Of a DNA stretch of 64,000 bases, positions 56,595-64,000 are shown in pieces. The DNA is taken from NCBI GenBank assembly GCA_963749635.1, contig CAVVNW010000008.1:72413-136412 (forward strand). Reading direction: 5' to 3'. The first letter of the stretch is position 1, and each line of letters opens with the position of its first letter. The position numbers and the translations under genes were made by a program. The stretch is from an uncultured Acidobacteriaceae bacterium. Lineage in GTDB: Bacteria; Acidobacteriota; Terriglobia; Terriglobales; Acidobacteriaceae. The notes beneath the pieces are model-generated. The model ran no database searches. It saw nothing but the letters and a program-made list of their open reading frames with translations, and was not told where the DNA came from.

Positions 56595-57344
56595 CTACTC
56601 GACGTAGGGCTTCCAGACGCCGTCTTTGCTTTCCGCCAAAACTACACTCGCCTTACTTGGCGCTGCGCCGTAGAAATCTACTCCGTAGCTCTTGATCAGC
56701 GTTGCGCGGTCCCAGGTGTTGAAGGTGTGTACCAGATCGCCGGAGGCATCAAACTCTTTGCCCAAGCGGTTCGGCACCCACTTCCAGGTATAGTTCACAC
56801 GCGCCAGGTGCGGCTTGATCATGGTCACGTTATCGATCTGGACCAGCGTGCGGACGGCCAACGGCACAGAGTAGGTGACATTTCCGTCGGAGTTCTTGCC
56901 CTTCTCCACTCCTGGAGTCTCAGTCAGCAATTTCTCACCAGATGGGGTCACAGTGGTGATGATGGAATTCCAGCTTTTGGGAGTCACGGTCAGAATGCCG
57001 GCCTTGGCGAGCAACTTGTAGTGGGGGTCCATGGGCTTTTCATTCACGCTGGAGACGATGGTGCCGACACTGAAGTTGAGCTGGCCATTGCCCTGCGCCT
57101 TCAGAATCTCGTTCACTGAAGTGGTGGCGGCGGGCACCGATAGCACTGCGCGAGCCGTCTTGACAAAGTAAAAAATCGTTCCGCCTACGACCGCTATGAG
57201 TCCCAGCACCATGATCAGCGGGCCGAGACTGGAAGACTTCTTCTCCATCTCGATTTCGGCAGAAAACATTTCAGGCATCTGGTGTACAGAGGCTGAAGAA
57301 GGATTAGCGTTGTCTTTGATTTCCGGATCGACGACGGTTGGCAT
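56595..57344 (-). CDS. Hypothetical single-pass membrane protein
   Basis: ATG at 57344 is preceded by GGAGG. There is one TM helix (LGPLIMVLGLIAVVGGTIFYFV) followed by a roughly 190-aa soluble domain with no motif I recognise. Confidence 0.55.
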   Translation of the reverse strand: MPTVVDPEIKDNANPSSASVHQMPEMFSAEIEMEKKSSSLGPLIMVLGLIAVVGGTIFYFVKTARAVLSVPAATTSVNEILKAQGNGQLNFSVGTIVSSVNEKPMDPHYKLLAKAGILTVTPKSWNSIITTVTPSGEKLLTETPGVEKGKNSDGNVTYSVPLAVRTLVQIDNVTMIKPHLARVNYTWKWVPNRLGKEFDASGDLVHTFNTWDRATLIKSYGVDFYGAAPSKASVVLAESKDGVWKPYVE

Positions 57345-57551
57345 TGCTGAATACCTCCGCTTGGAACGTGCTGCCGGCCGCTGAAACCGAAGCTTTCGAG
57401 AGGCTGACTCGCCAGGTCGGCTTCGCTCGCAGAATGGACTTTCCCATTCCGGCACGGAGCAGCCAAGAACATCTCCAGTATGAACCGTACGCACAATGCC
57501 GCAGTGAGCGTCGTCACAGGCCAGAGTGAGCGGCAAACCTAGCGTGAGCAG

Positions 57552-58703
57552 CTATTGCAATACGTGACAGGAGTATGTCTTGACGACCAGCCAGATGGGC
57601 TCACGTGCTGCCAACTCGAGCGAAATGCACGCGCCCGGCGTCAGGTGCACCACGAATCTCGCCCCGCAATCTACTTCGGCGATCACCGTGACGTCCTGCT
57701 GGCGAAGTGAGACGATCGTTCCCGCGATTACGTTGCGCGCGCTCAATCCTTGCGGCTGCTGCGTCGCTAGAAGTACGTCGCCGGCACGAATCCCTACCTG
57801 TATGGCTTTCTTGCTGTCTACGCGGACTAAGGGTGTTTCGAGCGTTACGTTGGTGCCCGCGATGCGGCACGACATGGTGCCCTCGTGCTCGTGGACGGCG
57901 ATAACAGTGCATTCAAAGATGTTTTCGAATCCAGCCAGTTGAGCAACGGACTCAAGTAGCGGGCGGCCGAGTGCTTCCTGCGGAGGACCATCCGCTACGA
58001 CGCTGCCCGCTTGCAGAACCAACACTCGGTCACCTAGCGCGTAGACTTCGTCGCGTTCATGCGTCACATAGAGGATGGGCACTGCCTGCTGGTCGTTCCA
58101 GCGCCGCAGGTCGTCGAGAATTCTTGCTTTGGTCACTGCATCGAGGGCGCTCATCGGTTCGTCGAGCAGCAAGGCGACGGGCCGCGTCACCAGCGCACGA
58201 GCTAGCGCGACCCGCTGCCGCTCTCCACCCGAGATTTCCGTAGGTCTGCGGTCGTAGAGCTTCGCAATCCCAAATGAGCCGGCGATTTCCTCGGAGCGCT
58301 TTTCCCGCTCAGCCTGCTCAATTGACGCCAGCCCGTACTCAATATTCTGTCGCACCGTCATGTGCGGAAACAGCGCCAACGTCTGAAATAGATAACCAAC
58401 GCGACGGTTGCGGGTCGCGACATCGATACCCTTCGACGAATCGAACAGCACTTGCTCGCCGGCCACGATGCGACCAGCATCGGGCTTTCGCAGCCCGGCG
58501 ATGCAGTCGAGAATGGTCGTCTTTCCAGCACCCGACGCGCCGAACAGAATGGTGAACCCAGGGGAAGCTGTGAATTCCACATCGAGCGTAAACGTCGGAC
58601 CAGTTCCTATCGGCTCGGCCAGCTTCTTCTGCACGCGGACGCTCAACGTCTGCGTCGAACGAGCACCGCCGCCGCCACTCACTGCCATCCCCACAGCATC
58701 CAC
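57552..58703 (-). CDS. modC: Molybdate ABC transporter ATP-binding protein with C-terminal TOBE-like domain
   Basis: Walker A GASGAGKTT and signature ISGGERQRVALARAL, plus a roughly 130-aa C-terminal extension. The start is GTG 58703 or ATG 58688. Confidence 0.85.
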   Translation of the reverse strand: MDAVGMAVSGGGGARSTQTLSVRVQKKLAEPIGTGPTFTLDVEFTASPGFTILFGASGAGKTTILDCIAGLRKPDAGRIVAGEQVLFDSSKGIDVATRNRRVGYLFQTLALFPHMTVRQNIEYGLASIEQAEREKRSEEIAGSFGIAKLYDRRPTEISGGERQRVALARALVTRPVALLLDEPMSALDAVTKARILDDLRRWNDQQAVPILYVTHERDEVYALGDRVLVLQAGSVVADGPPQEALGRPLLESVAQLAGFENIFECTVIAVHEHEGTMSCRIAGTNVTLETPLVRVDSKKAIQVGIRAGDVLLATQQPQGLSARNVIAGTIVSLRQQDVTVIAEVDCGARFVVHLTPGACISLELAAREPIWLVVKTYSCHVLQ

Positions 58704-59356
58704 TTGCGATTGCGCCTCAATCCGTACAGCGCCGCCAGCAGCAGGAAGCAGGTGACCAGCAAAAGCAATGCGATTTGGTTGGCAGTGGCATAGTTCAGCG
58801 ACTGCACCTGGTCATAGATGAGGATCGACACGGTCTGCGTCGCTCCCGGAATGTTGCCGCCGATCATCAGCACCACGCCGAACTCACCCAGCGTGTGCGC
58901 AAAGCTCAGCACGAAACCCGTGAGCACTCCGGGAAGGCCAAGGGGGAATACAACTTTCCAGAAAGTTCGCCACACCGATGCACCCAACGTCGCTGATGCG
59001 TCCATCAGTTTGCGGTCCACCGACGAAAACGCTGCCGCGATCGGCTGCACCGCGAAGGGCAGGCTGTACAGCACCGAGCCGATCACCAATCCCCGAAAGG
59101 TGAACGCGAGATTGCCGCCGGTCATCGAGTGATACCAGCGGCCTACTGGACTCAGCGGCCCAATCGCCACCAGTACATAAAACCCCAGCACCGTTGGCGG
59201 CAGGACGATCGGCAGTGAAACCACAGCTTCCACGAGAAACTTCCACCGCCAGCGCGACCATGCCAGCCAATAGCCCAGCGGCAACCCGATCGCCAGAAGG
59301 ATCAGCGACACCAGCAATGCCAACCGCAATGTGAGTGTCAGCGCTTGCAGGATCAT
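58679..59356 (-). CDS. modB: Molybdate ABC transporter permease
   Basis: Start set at ATG 59356 (MILQALTLTL), which overlaps the modA stop as ATGA. EAA-like loop ASATLGASVWRTFWKVVFP. Confidence 0.85.
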   Translation of the reverse strand: MILQALTLTLRLALLVSLILLAIGLPLGYWLAWSRWRWKFLVEAVVSLPIVLPPTVLGFYVLVAIGPLSPVGRWYHSMTGGNLAFTFRGLVIGSVLYSLPFAVQPIAAAFSSVDRKLMDASATLGASVWRTFWKVVFPLGLPGVLTGFVLSFAHTLGEFGVVLMIGGNIPGATQTVSILIYDQVQSLNYATANQIALLLLVTCFLLLAALYGLRRNRKWMLWGWQ

Positions 59357-60129
59357 GGGTGTGTTGGAGGCGCGAGACCGTACTTCCTCAGTACCGCCTG
59401 ACCTTCCGCAGACAGAACAAAGTCGAGGAAAGCTTGCGCGGTCTTCTTCTGCTGCGACGCGGTCACAACCACCGCGGCCTGTCGCAGCTCGGGGTAAGCA
59501 TCGAGCGGCAACTCCCAATACTTCCCCTTGGACTCCATGGCCGGAGATTTTGCCAGCGAAAGTGCAATCAGACCGGCCTGAGCGTTGCCCGACTGAACAA
59601 ACTGGGCCGCCTGGCTAACGCTCTCTCCCAGGACCAGCTTGTCCGCGACTTTCGACTTCAGTCCGAAGTGATCAAGCGCCGCCATCGCCGCACGTCCGTA
59701 CGGCGCATGCTGCGGATTGGCAATCGCAATGCGTTTGACGGCGGGCTCCGTGAGTACTTCCATCCGCAAGTTGCCTGGATCCAAGGAAGAACCGTTCGGC
59801 ACCCAGAGTACGAGGTGTCCCACTGCATAGACTCGCAAGGATGACGGATCGGCCTTACCTGACTCGACAAGGCGCTTGGGATATTCCTCGTCGGCCGAGA
59901 AGAACAGGTCAAATGGCGCACCATTCATGATCTGGGAGTACAGGTTCCCCGACGCGCCAACCGTCAGGATGACCTTGTTTCCCGTATTGCGCTCGAACTG
60001 GCTGGCGAGATCCGTTAGCGCATAGTTGAGGTCGGCCGCCGCCGCGACCGTAATCGACTGCGCGTTCGCAGTGCAGGTAATCGTCGTCGCAACCAGTAAC
60101 AGCAGTATGACTCTGCCGATCCGCCCCAC
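59353..60129 (-). CDS. modA: Molybdate ABC transporter substrate-binding protein
   Basis: Signal peptide followed by the ITVAAAADL...GASGNLYSQI pattern of ModA. The start codon is GTG. Confidence 0.85.
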   Translation of the reverse strand: MGRIGRVILLLLVATTITCTANAQSITVAAAADLNYALTDLASQFERNTGNKVILTVGASGNLYSQIMNGAPFDLFFSADEEYPKRLVESGKADPSSLRVYAVGHLVLWVPNGSSLDPGNLRMEVLTEPAVKRIAIANPQHAPYGRAAMAALDHFGLKSKVADKLVLGESVSQAAQFVQSGNAQAGLIALSLAKSPAMESKGKYWELPLDAYPELRQAAVVVTASQQKKTAQAFLDFVLSAEGQAVLRKYGLAPPTHP

Positions 60130-60469
60130 GAGACCTTTCCCTCCCCGCCAATCGGTGGAAATACGCTTCGTACCAGACCTCAGATAAGTAATGCCGCTAA
60201 CAGCTTACGCCAGCCGGACGAGCCCGAATTCGATCGAGAATTCTGCAGACAGTTCGAAGCATCTAATTTGCAGGAATGAATCGTACTTTGCCAAAGAACA
60301 ATCGCGAATTTGTAGTTCCGCATAGCACAAGAGTGGTGGGTATCCACCATTTTCAGGATTACTTCTTGACCGCCAGAATCATTCCTGTCAGAGTAACGCT
60401 GGCGATACTTGGTGGGGAGGGAGCGCTGGCCGGCTGTCCTTTGCCGGCGACGTTCGATCGTATAACTTG

Positions 60470-60868
60470 ATGATACGCATTGAGGTCACGCTCAACGCCG
60501 ACCCAACCGGCATCAGTCCCGTGGTGGAGGGCATTATGGAAATGGCCCGTCGCTTGGACTGCTCCGCTGGTAAGGAATTTGAGATTGAAACCGCTCTCCG
60601 TGAAGCTTTGGCCAACGCCATCCTTCACGGCTGCAACAACGACCCTACGAAAAAAGTACAGTGCTGCGTTTCCTGCGATGAAGAACGTGGGCTGCTGATC
60701 GTAGTGCGCGATCCCGGTCCCGGCTTCGATCCCGTTAAAGTACCCGATCCCCTGCACGGTGAGAACGTCTATTCCCACCATGGGCGCGGCATCTTCCTGA
60801 TCAACCAGTTGATGGACGAGGTCCGTTTCGAGAACAACGGCACCGAAATCCACATGCGCAAGTACTGA
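60470..60868 (+). CDS. Anti-sigma regulatory factor-type Ser/Thr kinase (RsbW/SpoIIAB-like HATPase_c)
   Basis: N-box EALANAILHG, G1 box VRDPGPGFD and GRGIFLINQLMDEV; about 132 aa. Confidence 0.75.
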   Translation: MIRIEVTLNADPTGISPVVEGIMEMARRLDCSAGKEFEIETALREALANAILHGCNNDPTKKVQCCVSCDEERGLLIVVRDPGPGFDPVKVPDPLHGENVYSHHGRGIFLINQLMDEVRFENNGTEIHMRKY

Positions 60869-60893
60869 AGAACCAGCTTCTAGCCGTTAGCTC

Positions 60894-60968
60894 TTAGCTT
60901 TCAGCCATCCGTCCGTTACCGAGACAACGCCTTAGAGCTGAAAGCTAATAGCAAGCTAAGGGTTTTTT
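60894..60968 (+). terminator. Compound hairpin / terminator between the kinase and acyltransferase genes
   Basis: 12-bp perfect inverted repeat TTAGCTTTCAGC (60894..60905) / GCTGAAAGCTAA (60937..60948), and a second stem CCTTAG (60930..60935) / CTAAGG (60956..60961), followed by TTTTTT (60963..60968). Confidence 0.6.
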
Positions 60969-60969
60969 G

Positions 60970-62145
60970 TCATCCTCCCGGACGGGAGAGCACATGCGTA
61001 AAACGCTGCTTCAAGTTCAGGAACGGCGTTTCCAACCATCGGAACGAAATAGCTGCCATCAATATTGTCGCCGTCAATGCAATTCCGACTCGCAGTGCGT
61101 AGCGCATCAGGCTGACGGTTTGGTCATGGACGACGTGGTCCGAAATCAGCAGTCCGAGGATGTGGAACACGTACAGTCCGTACGAAATGCGGCCGAGATA
61201 GACCAACATCCGATGTTTGCGCGTCATCCGCGGCCGTAACACCGAGAGAAGCAACAACCCGCCGCCAATCGCCACGGACGGATATCCAAACACTATTCGC
61301 GCAGTGGTCAGGGGATCGTTCTTGATCCCGAAGTACATGGAGCCAAGCGCGAGCCCGGTAATTCCTGCCAGCATCAGCGCCGCGCGTGCTGGTCGCGACA
61401 ATCGTGGAACTTCTCCTCGCAACAACACAGCCATCAAAATCCCAATCACAATCGGATCGAGCTGGACAAACGTATTGCACCAGATGTCGCTCTCTCCGAC
61501 GTGATGCACGCCGAGATAGATGCGAGCCGTGGTCGCTACCACCAACAGCAGTCCGGCGATGATCAGCATTCCGGTCTCGCTCACCCGGCGCACAACAGCA
61601 GGCCAGGTAATGTAGAACTGCTCCTCGATCGAAACGCTCCACAGCGGAAAAATCACCGACGACGGAAACCCGTGAAACACGATGAACCAGTTCCCCGCCA
61701 GCAGCGAGAACCACAGACCTGCCCGCAACGTTACGTGCTGTCCGGGCACGATCCATTGCAGCACCACAGCGAGGGCCAGAAACGCAAAGTACAACGGCCA
61801 GATCCGCAGGATGCGGCGAATGTAAAACGAGCGCACATCCAGCGTGCCCATCAGGTCTTTTTCGCGTAGCAACAGTTCGGTGATGAGGTACGAGCTCAGC
61901 ACGAAGAACACGCTCACGCCGAACGCGCCGGTCGCTCCAATTCCAGCCACAATGCGGGCCAGGAAACTTGGTACGCCGAGCTTCGTCCAGAAGGCAGGAT
62001 CGTGCGGGAATGCGTGGTGCAGAAACACCATGAGGAACGCGAAGAAGCGAAGGACGTCGAGCTCCGGATGGTAGAAGCGCGCGGTCGAAGTGCGAGCGCT
62101 CTCCAGCACGCGGACTTCAGAACTGGTTGTAGAGATAGTAGCCAA
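60970..62145 (-). CDS. Acyltransferase family 3 membrane protein (OafA/YrhL-like)
   Basis: LDVLRFFAFLMVFLHHAF at the N-terminus and about 10 TM helices. Confidence 0.8.
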   Translation of the reverse strand: MATISTTSSEVRVLESARTSTARFYHPELDVLRFFAFLMVFLHHAFPHDPAFWTKLGVPSFLARIVAGIGATGAFGVSVFFVLSSYLITELLLREKDLMGTLDVRSFYIRRILRIWPLYFAFLALAVVLQWIVPGQHVTLRAGLWFSLLAGNWFIVFHGFPSSVIFPLWSVSIEEQFYITWPAVVRRVSETGMLIIAGLLLVVATTARIYLGVHHVGESDIWCNTFVQLDPIVIGILMAVLLRGEVPRLSRPARAALMLAGITGLALGSMYFGIKNDPLTTARIVFGYPSVAIGGGLLLLSVLRPRMTRKHRMLVYLGRISYGLYVFHILGLLISDHVVHDQTVSLMRYALRVGIALTATILMAAISFRWLETPFLNLKQRFTHVLSRPGG

Positions 62146-62164
62146 TACTCAAGTTTAGATGAAC

Positions 62165-62653
62165 TCACACGGAAGTCGGAACTGGCGGAAGGGCGCCGGG
62201 TTTGTCAGGGGCCGAACGGCGCAACTGGACGAGCAAGTACACCGCAGCTGCCGCCATAAACGGCGAGGACCAGAATCCCGGCGCAGGCCGCGGAAAGGTC
62301 ACGCTCGCCACCGTGCGTCCAAAGATCGTCGCCAGCGTGTGGCCTGCGGCGTTGAACAACATGAGGATGGCAAAGAAGTAAGCCAGCACCCGGGTACCGG
62401 GCGCGCCGCGCCCCACGAATCCTGTGAGGGCCAGCAAGACTACACAAGCCACCAACAGCCCGGCTAGCCAGTCGCCAAATTGAAACGTCGGCATCGGCCA
62501 CCAGCCCAGCCGCTCGCGAAGCGCCGTCACCGTGGGATTGTAGATGTCGAGAAATCCGGTAGTAGCTTCATCGAAGACGTGGAGGCAGAGACCCAAGCAC
62601 AGCAGAATCCATGCACGGGCCAGAGGCCGGTTGATCGCGGTAGTGTATGACAC
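62165..62653 (-). CDS. Small 4-TM membrane protein, HXXEE-domain-like
   Basis: 162 aa with an HVFDE motif in the first helix and four hydrophobic segments. The family call is tentative. Confidence 0.4.
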   Translation of the reverse strand: MSYTTAINRPLARAWILLCLGLCLHVFDEATTGFLDIYNPTVTALRERLGWWPMPTFQFGDWLAGLLVACVVLLALTGFVGRGAPGTRVLAYFFAILMLFNAAGHTLATIFGRTVASVTFPRPAPGFWSSPFMAAAAVYLLVQLRRSAPDKPGALPPVPTSV

Positions 62654-62705
62654 TGCGCACCTCCCCAGCCGTCAGGCGGCAGGCCGATGCTTCTGCCCCG
62701 GTCAG

Positions 62706-63776
62706 CTAATTCGCCGCTTGCGTAGTCAGAGCTTCGGGCGGTCCGACATTGGGCGGCATCGTACCGGTCAGGGCCTTCATGAATTCCAGCAGGTCATCGC
62801 GTTCCTCGCGGCTCAGAAAATCCAGCGAGTGGATCTCTTTATCGAGGTAGGGATTGGAGTTCCCCGCCCCGATGTAGAAGTCCATCACCTGCTTCATGGT
62901 ATTCAGGCTGCCATCATGCATGTACGGCGCGGTCAAATCGACGTTGCGCAGCGTCGGCGTGCGGTATGCTCCGGTGTCCAGCGGGTTTTTCGTAACCACG
63001 TAACGGCCCTTGTCCGCGGTTTCGCCGTTTACGAAACCTACACCGATGTTGTGGAACTTGTCGTCGGTGAACAAAGCGAACTTCTCGCCGATGGTGTGGC
63101 AGGATTCGCAGTTCCCTTTCTTGGGATCGCGGAAAACCTCGAGTCCGTGGATCTGCGCGGGGGTCATCGCCGACTGGTCGTGGCCGTAATAGTAGCGATC
63201 AAAAGCTGAGTCGCCGCTCACCATCGTCCTCTCGAACGACGCAATACACTTCTCAATTTTTTCGTAGGTGATCGCGCCCGAACCGAATGCCTTGTCAAAA
63301 GCAGCCGCGTAGCTTGGATCTTGCGAGAGTCGCTGCACCACGCCGGGCAGCGAATGGGCCATCTCGACTGGGTTCGCCACCGGTCCTTCCGACTGTTTCT
63401 CCAGGCTCGGTGCACGCCCATCCCAAAACTGCAGCGACCAATACGCCGCGTTCAACACGGTGGGCGAATTGCGCACTCCGGTCTTACCTCCGACGCCAGT
63501 GGACACGCGTCGGCCGTCGCTGAAACCCATTCCCGGCATATGACACTTTGCGCAGGAAACAGTGTTATCCACCGAAAGCGCGGTGTCGTAATACAACCGC
63601 CGGCCCAGCGCGATCGTCTCCGCCGTGGGCGGATTGTCGGCTGGTATCGGAACCGAGGGTAGTCCCAGTGGCGCCGAAATCTCCACCACCTTACCAATCG
63701 GAGTCGCTCCCACCTCAGTATTGGCATGGTTGTACAGCAGTAACAGGCCGCCTACCACGGCAGCTAGACACAACAT
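62706..63776 (-). CDS. Di-haem cytochrome c peroxidase (CCP/MauG family)
   Basis: Two haem motifs, CAKCH and CESCH, plus RNSPTVLNAAY and GAYRTPTLRNV. Start set at ATG 63776 (MLCLAAVVGGLLLL membrane anchor); the ORF is open to 63965. Confidence 0.85.
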   Translation of the reverse strand: MLCLAAVVGGLLLLYNHANTEVGATPIGKVVEISAPLGLPSVPIPADNPPTAETIALGRRLYYDTALSVDNTVSCAKCHMPGMGFSDGRRVSTGVGGKTGVRNSPTVLNAAYWSLQFWDGRAPSLEKQSEGPVANPVEMAHSLPGVVQRLSQDPSYAAAFDKAFGSGAITYEKIEKCIASFERTMVSGDSAFDRYYYGHDQSAMTPAQIHGLEVFRDPKKGNCESCHTIGEKFALFTDDKFHNIGVGFVNGETADKGRYVVTKNPLDTGAYRTPTLRNVDLTAPYMHDGSLNTMKQVMDFYIGAGNSNPYLDKEIHSLDFLSREERDDLLEFMKALTGTMPPNVGPPEALTTQAAN

Positions 63777-64000
63777 GTATAAGACGCGTTTTGCCGGCAC
63801 GTTTCCTCGAATGGCACGCAAAAAAGGACAGAATGATGGACGGCTCGGGCGGAACCTACCCGCCGGACAGCCTCTCTCAATCGTACTATTCTCGCAATTC
63901 GCGTCAAGGCAGAGGATCACAAAGTCCGGTCCCTGCTGTGGCGTCGCTGCTACCTTCTCCTCCAATTCAGCCGCAAAGTGTCGGACCTCACGTGACCATG

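Noticed and set aside
60130-60300. A possible Moco riboswitch upstream of modA.
   Set aside because: The leader ends in GGGGAGGGAAAGG near the start codon, which loosely resembles the 3' part of the motif. The conserved upstream elements as I recall them are not evident.

Overview
This is a GC-rich bacterial chromosomal segment made up mostly of housekeeping genes. The gene content points to Acidobacteriota (inference only): a very large CarboxypepD_reg-type TonB-dependent receptor, frequent GTG/TTG starts, and intergenic GC hairpins that read as GTAEAVPFQ-like pseudo-peptides. Going left to right, the window holds:
- An oxidative pentose-phosphate/gluconate cluster: GH15 glucoamylase, tkt, gnd, zwf, a Cof-type HAD and gntK.
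- An AsmA-like protein, a pseudouridine synthase, an HpnB-like GT2, an acyl-CoA ligase, a CDF transporter, a parvulin PPIase and an epimerase.
- ubiE/menG-aroB, nadB, TerC, a cyclophilin, and a rhomboid fused to a zinc ribbon and TPR repeats.
- mdh-icd, glnE, an NCS2 purine permease, and one tRNA(CAU).
- A DegT-type aminotransferase, the TonB-dependent receptor, sucA, and an S9 peptidase translationally coupled to cobB.
- A Uma2 nuclease, feoAB, an aminotransferase, glnD, a chagasin-family protease inhibitor, and an ArsB/NhaD permease.
- thrBC, modABC, an orphan RsbW-like kinase, an acyltransferase, an HXXEE-like membrane protein and a di-haem cytochrome c peroxidase.

I found no CRISPR array, transposase, integrase, prophage or recognisable defence island, and I cannot support a claim of a novel multi-gene system. 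The observations most worth a second look are:
1. Three single-base +1 frameshifts, two in transketolase and one in the DegT aminotransferase.
2. A family of GGCT(G/A)AAGCC-core hairpin repeats at three intergenic loci.
3. A 0.8 kb non-coding stretch containing a perfect 18-bp palindrome, a strong Shine-Dalgarno and a 25-codon ORF.
4. A CDF transporter with three tandem cytoplasmic-domain repeats.
5. A chagasin-like inhibitor gene whose 5' end carries an 18-bp tandem duplication and a perfect 11-bp hairpin.
6. Several candidate leader or operator structures.

All coordinates were derived by hand from the sequence and the ORF track.
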